A DNA stretch of 64,000 nucleotides from Anaerolineales bacterium. GTDB taxonomy: Bacteria > Chloroflexota > Anaerolineae > Anaerolineales > DRMV01. Shown piece by piece: positions 15,369 through 23,492 of the stretch. The DNA is taken from positions 89,205 through 153,204 of the forward strand of contig JALVVL010000007.1 of NCBI GenBank assembly GCA_027023425.1, in the 5' to 3' direction. The notes beneath the pieces were generated by a model. The model did not search any database. It was not told the origin of the DNA and saw nothing but the letters and a program-made list of their open reading frames with translations. The stretch's first letter is position 1. Each line of letters opens with the position of its first letter. A program made the translations under genes and the position numbers.

Positions 15369-17417
15369 ATGCGCCGTCTTTGGGTACTTATTGTGAGCGT
15401 TGCTCTCATGGCTATGCTGGCGGCTTGCGGAAGCAAATCTGCACCTACAGCCGCCCCCACGGCCGTCCCTAAGCCAACGGCAACGCCGAAAATTGTGCTG
15501 ATAACCCCTACGCCGGCACCTACTAAGCCGCCGCGCGTGCTCACCATCTGCCTCGGGCGCGAGCCGCATTCCCTTTACCCCCTCGCTGGAGAAACCCGCC
15601 CCATGCGCGCCGTGCTTTCTGCGGTTTACGATGGGCCTATTGAGTTTCGTACTTTTGGCTTCCAGCCCGTGATTTTGGAAAAGTTGCCCAACGTGGCCGA
15701 TGGCGATGCCAAAATTGCCGAGGTTGAAGTGAACCCCGGACAGAAAATCGTGGATGCGCGCGGCAACATTGCTGTGTTGCAGGAGGGAGTTTCCTTCTTG
15801 CCCGCGGGTTGCCACACAACCCGTTGTGCCCTCAAATACACCGCTGATATGGGCACAATCACCATGGAGCAGTTACAGGTCACATTCCACCTGCTCCCCG
15901 GCCTGAAATGGTCGGACGGCAAGCCGCTGACTGCTTCCGATTCGGTGTTTACCTATCGCCTTGTTTCCTCGCCCGACACGCCTGCCCACGGGCGTTACAT
16001 CAACCGCCTGCGCCACACCGCTTCTTACACTGCCGCAAACGACACCACGGTAGTCTGGAAGGGGCTCCCCGGCTACCGCGACCCGACTTACTACCTCAAC
16101 TTTTGGATGCCGCTGCCAGAGCACTTGTGGGGCAAATATGAGCCCAAAGAGTTGGTGAGCGCGCCGGAATCTTCTCGCAAGCCGGTGGGCTGGGGCCCGT
16201 ATGTGATAGAAAACTGGCAAAAGGGGAAGGAAATCCGCCTGCGCCGCAACCCGTACTACTTCCGCACCCCCGAAGGGCTGCCGAAGTTTGACTACCTCGT
16301 CTTCCGCTTTGTGCAAAGCCCTCAGCAGGCGCTTTCTGACTTGCAAAGCGGCAAGTGTGATGTGGTGGATGAGAGCGTAGACTTGCTTTCGGTTTCCAAG
16401 CAAGCCGATGCTTTAGCCAAAAGAGGCAAAATAAATTTACTCTACGCTCAGAGCACAGATTTTGAGCGGTTAGACCTTGGCATCAGGCCGGTGAGTTACG
16501 ACGATGGCTGGCAGCAGACCGACCGCCCCAGTTTCTTTGATGATGTTCGGGTAAGGCAGGCTTTGGCTTACTGCTTGGATCGCGAAAAAGCGGTGAAAGA
16601 AGTTTGGGAAGGCCATGCGGAGGTTATGGATTCGTATGTGCCGAGCGAAAGCCCGCTTTTTAACCCCAAAGTGCAGAAGTATTCCTACGACCCCGATAAA
16701 GGCGCGGCCCTTCTCAAAACCGCCGGCTGGGTGGACGACGACAGCGACCCGACGACGCCGCGCGTTTACCGCGGCGAACCGGCAAACATCCCTTGGGGGG
16801 CTAAACTTGTGCTAAACTATTGGGCTCCCGATACACCGCGGGAGGCAAAGGCGGCGCAGATTTTCCAGCAATCGGCTGCGGCTTGTGGCATTCAACTAAA
16901 GGTAAAACTTTGGAAACCGAGCGAACTTTATGCCCCTGCTCCGAAAGGGCCGGTCTACGGGCGTAAATTTGACATAGCCGTGATACCTATGCGCATGACC
17001 GTGAACCCGCCATGCCACCTGTGGATGAGAGACGCCATCCCCGGCGACAGCACTCTTACCGTCAAAGACGTGCCTTGGCTGCTCAAAATTTTCGGCAAAA
17101 CCGCAGAGGATGAAAAAGCCTTTCCGATGGGTTGGGCTGGTTGGAACGATACGGCTTACGTCAACACCGATTTGGATGGCTATTGCCGCGCCGCAAACAA
17201 CAGCCTGCCGGACGATAAAATTTACAAAACCGCCCACCTCAAGGCGCAGGAAATTATTGCCAAGGGCGTTCCTTCAATCATGCTCTACCGCCGTCCTCGC
17301 GTGGCGGCAACCCGCCCCGATTTCTGCGGGTTTGTTTTAGACCCCAGCACATCTTCCGACCTTTGGAACATTGAAAACTACGATTACGGCAAACAGTGTT
17401 CCGCCCCCAACAAATAA
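15369..17417 (+). CDS. ABC transporter substrate-binding lipoprotein, family 5 (peptide/nickel type)
   Basis: Start set at MRRLWVLIVSVALMAMLAACG (lipobox) with GGAGAA upstream. Length and motifs (..W.DG.P.TA.D..F......YY.F....) are typical of SBP_bac_5. No permease or ATPase genes are adjacent. Confidence 0.8.
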   Translation: MRRLWVLIVSVALMAMLAACGSKSAPTAAPTAVPKPTATPKIVLITPTPAPTKPPRVLTICLGREPHSLYPLAGETRPMRAVLSAVYDGPIEFRTFGFQPVILEKLPNVADGDAKIAEVEVNPGQKIVDARGNIAVLQEGVSFLPAGCHTTRCALKYTADMGTITMEQLQVTFHLLPGLKWSDGKPLTASDSVFTYRLVSSPDTPAHGRYINRLRHTASYTAANDTTVVWKGLPGYRDPTYYLNFWMPLPEHLWGKYEPKELVSAPESSRKPVGWGPYVIENWQKGKEIRLRRNPYYFRTPEGLPKFDYLVFRFVQSPQQALSDLQSGKCDVVDESVDLLSVSKQADALAKRGKINLLYAQSTDFERLDLGIRPVSYDDGWQQTDRPSFFDDVRVRQALAYCLDREKAVKEVWEGHAEVMDSYVPSESPLFNPKVQKYSYDPDKGAALLKTAGWVDDDSDPTTPRVYRGEPANIPWGAKLVLNYWAPDTPREAKAAQIFQQSAAACGIQLKVKLWKPSELYAPAPKGPVYGRKFDIAVIPMRMTVNPPCHLWMRDAIPGDSTLTVKDVPWLLKIFGKTAEDEKAFPMGWAGWNDTAYVNTDLDGYCRAANNSLPDDKIYKTAHLKAQEIIAKGVPSIMLYRRPRVAATRPDFCGFVLDPSTSSDLWNIENYDYGKQCSAPNK

Positions 17418-17427
17418 CGAGGTGATC

Positions 17428-19410
17428 ATGGAAAACAAACAAAAAGCAGATTGGCTGTTCACGAATGCCATTGTGCTCGCGATGGATGAAGAAATGCACA
17501 TTTACGAACCCGGCGCCGTTGCCGTGAGCGGCAACACCATCGTTGGCGTGGGTGCTCAAAGCGAACTGGAAAAGCGGTTTTCTGCCGAGCACAAATTTGA
17601 CTGCGGCGGCAAGGTGCTCATGCCCGGGCTGGTCAATGCCCACACGCATGTGCCGATGACCCTGCTGCGCGGCCTTGCCGATGACCTGCGGCTTGATGTG
17701 TGGCTGTTGGGCTACATTATGCCGGTGGAGCGCGAATTCGTCTCGCCCGAATTTGTGCGGCTTGGCACTTCGCTCGCCGCGGCGGAGTTAATCCGCTCGG
17801 GTGTTACGGCGTTTGCCGATATGTATTACTTTGAGGAAGATGTGGCGCGCGCCACCTCAGATGCTGGTTTGCGCGCCCTCGCCGCCGAGACCATCCTCAA
17901 ATTCCCCTCGCCCGATGCCTCATCCTACGAGGAGGCGCTTGAATACACGCGTGACTTCGTCCGCCGCTGGAAGGGGCACCCGCTGATCGTGCCCGGCGTT
18001 GCCCCGCACGCCCCTTACACCATCACCGAAGAAATCACCCGTGCTTCGGTGGAGATTGCCACCGAGTTTGACGTCCCCATTCACATTCACCTTGCCGAGA
18101 CCGCGCAGGAAGTGGAAGACATCCGCGAAGAGGCTGGCATTCCGGTTATCCCTTACATGAAGGAGCAAGGGCTGTTTGAGGCAAAAGTGCTTGCCGCCCA
18201 CTGCGTTCACATTGACAAGGGCGAAATGCGCACGCTGAGGAAACACCACGCCGGCGTGGCGCACAACCCATCTTCCAACCTCAAACTGGCGGATGGCATA
18301 GCGCCGGTCGCAAAAATGCTGGAAGAGGGCTTGATGGTAGGCATCGGCACAGATGGGCCTTCCTCCAACAACGACTTGGATATGTTTGAGGAAGTGCGGC
18401 TCACTGCACTGCTTGCAAAGGGCTACACCGGTGACCCAACGGTTGTGCCCGCGAAACAGGCTTTGGCGATGGCAACGCGCATCGGCGCGCAAGCCCTACA
18501 CATGGGCGAAATCACCGGCTCGCTGGAAGAAGGCAAGCGCGCCGACCTAATTCTGGTTGACATTTCGCCGGTTCACAACTCCCCCCGTTTCCGTCGCGAC
18601 CCCGATGGCATTTACGCGCAACTGGTTTACGCCGCCAAATCTACCGACGTTACCGACGTGATGGTTGACGGGCGCTGGCTTATGCGCGACCGCAAACTCT
18701 TGACGGTGGATGAAGAGGCTCTCCTTGCCGAAGCGGATAGTTACGCCCGCCGTGTAGATTCGTTCCTAATCAAGCGCGAGCGATCGGTGCTTTCCAAGTT
18801 GGTGGCGATAGAAAGCGCCGCTGAGGCTGAAAGTTTTGAGGTGCAGGTGAAAGTGCCGCTTGAAGACCCCGACGCCGCGGCGCAGGCGGTTGAAAATTGC
18901 AAGGACATTGAAATCATTTACCGCCGCCACTATCGTGAATACGATACCTACATGGCATTTGCCGACCCCTCGCAGGGCTATTTGCGCTACCGCGAGGACG
19001 AGTTCATAGAGCCGGATGGGAGCGTGTCGCGCGTCCGCTATCGCCTCACGCTCATTGGCCCTGCGCATGAAGATTCGCTCCCCGGTGCGGTGTTGCTTTC
19101 GCGTAGTCGTTACCTCGCCCCCGCCACGCACAGCCTGCGGTTTTACCGCGAATACTTCCAGCCGGTCAAAGAATTTACGCTTGAAAAAGACCGCCTGCGC
19201 TGGAAGATAAAGTTTGAGGATACCGAGTTTTTCATCAACATTGACCGCTTCACCAAGCCGCCGCTTGGCGCGTTCTTGGAGGTCAAAAGCCGCACTTGGA
19301 GCCGCCGTGACGCCGAGCATAAAGCCGCGCTGGTCAGCCGCCTGCTTGAAAAACTCGGCATCGGTACCGAAAAGGCTATTGAAAAGGATTACATCGCTTT
19401 GGTGCAGTAG
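17428..19410 (+). CDS. Fusion protein: MtaD-like amidohydrolase (5'-methylthioadenosine/S-adenosylhomocysteine deaminase family) + C-terminal CyaB-like CYTH domain
   Basis: N-terminal ~445 aa: metal ligands LMPGLVNAHTHVPM, HIHLAET, AAHCVH, IGTDG. The C-terminal ~200 aa (from about nt 18830) is colinear with class IV adenylyl cyclase/CYTH: FEVQVKV (ExExK-like), Y.DTY, YLRYRED, YRLTLIGP, FFINIDRF....LGAFLEVKS, ...LLEKLGI. GAGGTG lies 4 nt before the ATG at 17428. Confidence 0.8.
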   Translation: MENKQKADWLFTNAIVLAMDEEMHIYEPGAVAVSGNTIVGVGAQSELEKRFSAEHKFDCGGKVLMPGLVNAHTHVPMTLLRGLADDLRLDVWLLGYIMPVEREFVSPEFVRLGTSLAAAELIRSGVTAFADMYYFEEDVARATSDAGLRALAAETILKFPSPDASSYEEALEYTRDFVRRWKGHPLIVPGVAPHAPYTITEEITRASVEIATEFDVPIHIHLAETAQEVEDIREEAGIPVIPYMKEQGLFEAKVLAAHCVHIDKGEMRTLRKHHAGVAHNPSSNLKLADGIAPVAKMLEEGLMVGIGTDGPSSNNDLDMFEEVRLTALLAKGYTGDPTVVPAKQALAMATRIGAQALHMGEITGSLEEGKRADLILVDISPVHNSPRFRRDPDGIYAQLVYAAKSTDVTDVMVDGRWLMRDRKLLTVDEEALLAEADSYARRVDSFLIKRERSVLSKLVAIESAAEAESFEVQVKVPLEDPDAAAQAVENCKDIEIIYRRHYREYDTYMAFADPSQGYLRYREDEFIEPDGSVSRVRYRLTLIGPAHEDSLPGAVLLSRSRYLAPATHSLRFYREYFQPVKEFTLEKDRLRWKIKFEDTEFFINIDRFTKPPLGAFLEVKSRTWSRRDAEHKAALVSRLLEKLGIGTEKAIEKDYIALVQ

Positions 19411-19500
19411 AAGCAAAGCAATCGCTGAGAGCCTTCAGGCGCAAGCAAGAAGCATAGAGAGCCTATTTCAAAAAAGATGTAAAATGAAATAAGGTGAGGG

Positions 19501-19630
19501 TCTACGCGGTTGCTGGTAGAAGAGCGCGTTTTCGTGTCATGGCGAGCCGCCATAGGCGGCGAAGCCATCCCCCAGACAGTGGGGGAAACCGCCTCGCAGC
19601 GACATGAAGCAGGAGAACTGCGTAACTCCT
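19501..19630. repeat. Family C palindromic element, copy with internal hairpin deleted
   Basis: TCTACGCGGTTGCTGGTAGAAGAGCGC...GTCATGGCGAGCCGCCATAGGCGGCGAAGCCATCCCCCAGACAGTGGGGG...GACATGAAG...AACTGCGTAACTCCT. Colinear with 39421-39570 (inverted) but lacks the GTCGTAGACCGCCGAAGCGGTCTC hairpin. Confidence 0.8.
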
Positions 19631-19665
19631 AAAGGTATAGGCTTTCAAAACTGAGCGGAGAACGC

Positions 19666-19875
19666 ATGATGAACACAGTTACAATTTCCCTTACAGATGC
19701 ACAATGGAAGAAACTGCAAGATAAGGCTCAGCGGATGGGCATTGCTCCTGAAATGCTGTTGGTGGCTACATTGGAAGACTTGCTTGTGCGTCCAGAAGAA
19801 GATTTCCGGCGAACGGTGGAGTATGTAGTGCAAAAGAATGCTGAGCTCTATCGTCGCTTGTCTGCAGGGGCTTAA
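19666..19875 (+). CDS. Ribbon-helix-helix antitoxin (Phd/CopG-like), partner of doc
   Basis: 69 aa. The N-terminal beta-strand-plus-helices pattern (TVTISLTDAQWKKLQDKAQRMGI) is typical of RHH antitoxins. It ends 6 nt before the doc start. Confidence 0.6.
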   Translation: MMNTVTISLTDAQWKKLQDKAQRMGIAPEMLLVATLEDLLVRPEEDFRRTVEYVVQKNAELYRRLSAGA

Positions 19876-19881
19876 TATCGT

Positions 19882-20286
19882 ATGCCAACCCGCTACCTGG
19901 CCCTGAGCGAGGTGCTATTCCTCTATCAACGCGTAATGGATTTCGGCGGTGGGGAAGAAGGCATCCGAGATTTGGGTGCATTGCAATCTGCTCTGGCACA
20001 GCCGCGGATGACCTACGGCGGCGAAGAGTTGTATCCGAGTTTAGCGGAGAAAGCGGGGGCGCTCGCATATAGTTTGGTGAAGAATCACCCCTTTGTAGAC
20101 GGGAACAAGCGCATTGCGCACGCGGCAATGGAAGTGTTTTTGGTGCTGAACGGTTATGAATTGCAAGCATAAGTCAAAGAGCAATAAGAAGTAATGAGAG
20201 CCATTGCCTCTGGGATGATGAACCGGCGCACATTGGTAAAGTGGATTGAAACCCACATGGTCAAAACCAAAACGAAGGGCAAGTAG
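19882..20286 (+). pseudogene. doc: doc (Fic-family death-on-curing toxin) interrupted by two in-frame TAA codons
   Basis: Fic motif [14 protein letters not shown] is present. The same reading frame continues ...NGYELQA*VKEQ*EVMRAIASGMMNRRTLVKWIETHMVKTKTKGK*, with TAA at 20170-20172 and 20185-20187. The downstream peptide looks like a normal Doc C-terminus. Confidence 0.75.
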
Positions 20287-20334
20287 ATTAGAAAGAGAGT
20301 ACGCAGCCCCATTACGCTTTTCAGAGAAAAGATC

Positions 20335-20366
20335 AAGGGCGAGCCGTTGGGCTCGCCCTTTTTGCT
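20335..20366. terminator. Bidirectional rho-independent terminator between doc and ilvE
   Basis: Perfect 11-bp stem AAGGGCGAGCC / GGCTCGCCCTT with loop GTTG. Followed by TTTTTGCTTT on the plus strand and by GATCTTTTCTCT on the minus strand. Confidence 0.75.
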
Positions 20367-20371
20367 TTGGC

Positions 20372-21292
20372 TTAGTAAACCGGAACGTTCCAATCACGAT
20401 ACTTGGGCATTTTGCCGCGCACCACCTTTTGGAAAACCTCGCGCAGTTTGGCGGTGATCGGCCCCATTTCGCCTGTGCCGACAGGGCGATGGTCAACCTT
20501 GGTGACCGCGGTAATCTGCGCCGCCGTGCCTGTCAGGAACAATTCATCGCAGATGTAGAGTTCGGTGCGGTCAATGTGGCGTTCCACAACTTCAATGCCG
20601 AGTTCCTCGCGCGCCAACTGCATCACCGTGCGGCGTGTTATCCCCTCCAAAATGTTATCGGTAACCGGCGGGGTGATCAAAACGCCGTCGCGCACCATGA
20701 AGACATTTTCCGCGCTTCCTTCCGAAACGTGGCCGTCTTCGGTCAGCACCAGCGCCTCATCAAAGCCGGCGCGCATGGCGTCGGTTTTGATGAATGCTGA
20801 GTTGACATACGCTCCGCCGATTTTGCCCCGCGCCGGAATCATGTTATCGTCAATCCGCCGCCAACTGGAAACCGTGCAGTGGGCATTTGTGTCATTGCTT
20901 ACATAAGTGCCGAAGGGAATGCAGAAAATAGTGATCTCGTCTTCCAAATCGTGCAAGCGCACGCCCACAACCTCGGAGGCTTTGAAGGCCAGTGGGCGGA
21001 TGTAGACGTCTTCTTTGTAGCCCTCGGTGCGGAGTAATTCCTTCGTAACCTCGGTTAGGCTTTCGGGGGTGTGCCCCAAATCCATTAGCATCATTTTGGC
21101 AGAGTTCAGCAAACGGCGGAAGTGGTCGTAGGGGCGGAAGAGGAACATTTGCTGTTCTTCTTCATTCCAGTAACCTCGCATTCCACCGAAAATTGAAGTG
21201 CCGTAGTTCAGCGCATGGGTAGCAACGCCAACGCGGGCCTCGCTGTAAGGCACAATTTTGCCGCGAAAGTAAGCATGTTTTGGTAATGCCAT
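20372..21292 (-). CDS. ilvE: Branched-chain amino acid aminotransferase
   Basis: 306 aa, fold-type IV PLP enzyme pattern (..YG...FEG.R.Y....., E..GSAEN.F.V.DG...TP....ILEGITR). Typical IlvE length. Confidence 0.9.
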   Translation of the reverse strand: MALPKHAYFRGKIVPYSEARVGVATHALNYGTSIFGGMRGYWNEEEQQMFLFRPYDHFRRLLNSAKMMLMDLGHTPESLTEVTKELLRTEGYKEDVYIRPLAFKASEVVGVRLHDLEDEITIFCIPFGTYVSNDTNAHCTVSSWRRIDDNMIPARGKIGGAYVNSAFIKTDAMRAGFDEALVLTEDGHVSEGSAENVFMVRDGVLITPPVTDNILEGITRRTVMQLAREELGIEVVERHIDRTELYICDELFLTGTAAQITAVTKVDHRPVGTGEMGPITAKLREVFQKVVRGKMPKYRDWNVPVY

Positions 21293-21456
21293 GATGTACC
21301 TCCTAACACGCAGATGAAGAAAGCACCGGATAGTTCAATTGCCCCACGGTGGGCAATGGCTATTATAACCCCAAACGAAAAAGCGCCGCCTAATGCGACG
21401 CTTGGGGGCTCGCTAATCGCACAGATTTGCACCGATGGACGATGTTTCAACTTCCA

Positions 21457-21950
21457 ATGCCTGCTTCCTGTAGGGCGCGTGCCAGCAAATCGTCCACGCG
21501 GAGTTCGGTAGCCCATTTCCGCAGGTAATCCAGGTCCAGTTCGTCGCCGCGCACTTTCAACACACCGAGCACGTCGCGCCACTGGCGTTCGGAAACCTCG
21601 CCGCCCTGCCGCTACCTCTCCGGTTTGGAGAGGATGATGTCTTCGGGACTGGCAAATCTCGCACTGACCTCAGTTTCCAAAGTAAAGGATTGCCTTTGAG
21701 CACGTGCCAGTTGGGAACGCAGAAAAGGGCGCTGGCGGGGGATAAAAATGTCAACCTTGAACATGGTCTCGCGATGGATAGTTTCGGAGGCTTGAGGATA
21801 GCGAGCACGCAACCCTGCCAACGCCAACCTTCGGGCAGAGACATTCAATTGCGCCAGCATGTTCATCTTGTAGGTAGGGCTGGCATGCCGCCAGAGTTCA
21901 ATCTGCAGAGCCTCTACCTCGGGATCGGTATCCGAATACAGTCCGCTCAC
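21457..21950 (-). pseudogene. Remnant: 5' part of a small-protein gene fused in frame to the 3' half of a nucleotidyltransferase-family gene, with an in-frame TAG
   Basis: The N-terminal part (V)SGLYSDTDPEVEALQIELWRHASPTYKMNMLAQLNVSARRLALAGLRARYPQASE is paralogous to 22415-22657. It then switches to IHRETMFKVDIFIPRQRPF...ILSKPER*RQGGEVSERQWRDVLGVLKVRGDELDLDYLRKWA...GS*. The TAG is at 21612-21614 and the final TGA at 21457-21459. Confidence 0.7.
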
Positions 21951-22008
21951 GCCTTCGCTCCCAGTACAGGAAAACAATCTGCCAATTGCTCGAATTTACC
22001 CAACTCGT

Positions 22009-22142
22009 GTTACGCAGTTGAGCATCAACGCATCTGAGCGCCCTCACCTTACCCCCGCTGCGCGCCCCCTTTCCTCTCCCACTGGGAGAGGAAAGGGGGC
22101 TGAGCCGCCGCGAAGCAAGGCTCTGGGGGATAGGTGAGGGCG
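22009..22142. repeat. Family B nested palindromic element, extended copy, between the two broken cassettes
   Basis: GTTACGCAGTTGAGCATCAACGCATCTGAG extension, then the core CGCCCTCACCTTACCCCCG ... GCCCCCTTTCCTCTCCC-actg-GGAGAGGAAAGGGGGC ... GAGCC..GGCTC ... CTGGGGGATAGGTGAGGGCG. Confidence 0.85.
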
Positions 22143-22425
22143 ATAGCGGAAACAAGACCGGCTTTTGGTGCACGCAAAAAGTGTTCAGATAATTTTCTGG
22201 GAAAATGAACCGTCCCGCCTTGTCTGCATAAAACTCCGGCGAGAGCGCCGAAACCAGCGCAGGCACGTGCTCAAGTTTTATGTCAGCCACAATATCCACA
22301 TCTAAAGTGGAACGCATGACACCGTGTAACGAACTCGCTACCGACCCCCCCACAGCATAGGGGATTCCCAGTTGTTCAAATGCTTGCGTCACGCGCAAAG
22401 TTACTCGTGCAATTTCACCCAGCAT
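22143..22425 (-). pseudogene. 5' fragment of a nucleotidyltransferase-family gene (GS...DxD motif), truncated
   Basis: MLGEIARVTLRVTQAFEQLGIPYAVGGSVASSLHGVMRSTLDVDIVAD... is the minimal-NTase motif. Recognisable sequence stops near ...SPEFYADK (about nt 22215). The open frame then runs into unrelated sequence and the family B repeat. The missing 3' half resembles what is found in 21457-21800. Confidence 0.6.
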
Positions 22426-22657
22426 CACCGTACACCTTCTGCGCCAATTCCGCCCCCAGCGCCCTCTCTGCCCACAAGCGCCGGATTTGTGCGGGCGTAG
22501 CATCGGGGTGACGCCGCCTGATTTCGCTGAGCGCCAGTGCTTTTACCGTTGCGTTGAGGCTTTCCACCACAGCCATCTTTTTCCACGGCGGCATTTGCCG
22601 GATCAACTCAATTTGCAGGGCTTCCGCCTTGGGGGAAGTATCGGATATAGAGGGCAC
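22415..22657 (-). CDS. Small helical protein, putative antitoxin-like partner of the nucleotidyltransferase
   Basis: 80 aa with an 11-nt overlap on the NTase start, a TA-like arrangement. Paralogous to the N-terminal part of 21457-21950. No family name recognised. Confidence 0.5.
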   Translation of the reverse strand: MPSISDTSPKAEALQIELIRQMPPWKKMAVVESLNATVKALALSEIRRRHPDATPAQIRRLWAERALGAELAQKVYGDAG

Positions 22658-22685
22658 TCATCGTTACACTCCGCTGCCCCTACAT

Positions 22686-23126
22686 TTACTTCTCAATAAA
22701 TGGGTTCCGAATTTCAAGATAGCCCTCAACCATCAACCCGTGTTGCATGTCCTCAGAATACAACACACCTGCCCCGCTGCTCAAAGCAGCCGCTACGATG
22801 GTGCTGTCCCAAAAGGAAAGGGAATATCGCTGGCGTAATTGGGACGCCAATAACAAGACCGCTTTGGAGAGTTCTTTCACGGGGTACCGCTTATAAAACG
22901 CCTCAATCAGATTACTGATCTGCTCCTCAGTAAAGTTCGCCTGACGCAGCAAATTGACGCATACTTCATTGATAACTTGGGTGCTAACAATGGCGTCATT
23001 CTCCCGAATCAATTTTCGGGCAATCGCCGACTTTCTGGCGTTTTCTCCGTTGCTCTCATTCTCAAGGAAAGCATAAAGCCAGATGTTTGTGTCAACGAAA
23101 CATGCGTTGTCAGGCTCATTCGGCAT
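22686..23126 (-). CDS. vapC: PIN-domain ribonuclease toxin (VapC-like)
   Basis: 146 aa. N-terminal FVDTNIWLYAF carries the first PIN acidic residue and acidic residues follow later. Overlaps the upstream small gene by 11 nt. Confidence 0.75.
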   Translation of the reverse strand: MPNEPDNACFVDTNIWLYAFLENESNGENARKSAIARKLIRENDAIVSTQVINEVCVNLLRQANFTEEQISNLIEAFYKRYPVKELSKAVLLLASQLRQRYSLSFWDSTIVAAALSSGAGVLYSEDMQHGLMVEGYLEIRNPFIEK

Positions 23127-23328
23127 AAATTTCCTCCCTGCTCAACGGATGAAATCCTTTCACCTGCACAGGATGGCGGAGTAGGTGGTCTATGAAATCA
23201 CTTTCTCGCTTTGACTTCTCTTCAATCAGCACAATAACGCGCACCTGCCGGGCGATTTTGCCGCGGTACTGACGAGGAATTTCAATCTTGCCGTCTTTGA
23301 CTTTTGCCTGAAATTCTATTGTTTTCAT
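23116..23328 (-). CDS. Antitoxin (AbrB/SpoVT-like swapped-hairpin type), VapB-like
   Basis: MKTIEFQAKVKDGKIEIPRQYRGKI... resembles the looped-hinge-helix DNA-binding fold. Start moved to the ATG at 23328 with AGGAG upstream. Confidence 0.55.
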   Translation of the reverse strand: MKTIEFQAKVKDGKIEIPRQYRGKIARQVRVIVLIEEKSKRESDFIDHLLRHPVQVKGFHPLSREEIYAE

Positions 23329-23492
23329 TCCCGAACTCCTGCTGCACACGTTGCAGACAACGGGGAGGCCGCTTCTTGAATATGGAAAAGATCAGGGGAA
23401 TGGCCAACCTTGCGCTTCAGCGGCTTGCCCCGATGCAACGAATTTACGACACAACGACGCACGGGCCTTCAATCTGCGCCAATCTGCGGTTT

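Noticed and set aside
15369-17417. Orphan ABC components (the SBP here; the ATPase at 26785-27885) as parts of a split novel transporter.
   Set aside because: Stand-alone family-5 SBPs and shared MsmX/MalK-type ATPases are common. The two genes are 9 kb apart, are separated by unrelated genes, and belong to different transporter classes (peptide versus sugar).
20170-20187. Stop-codon reassignment or programmed readthrough as the explanation for the in-frame TAA/TAA in doc and the TAG at 21612.
   Set aside because: All three stop codons are used as ordinary terminators by the conserved housekeeping genes in this window. The affected genes are accessory TA-like genes with other lesions, so decay is the simpler reading.
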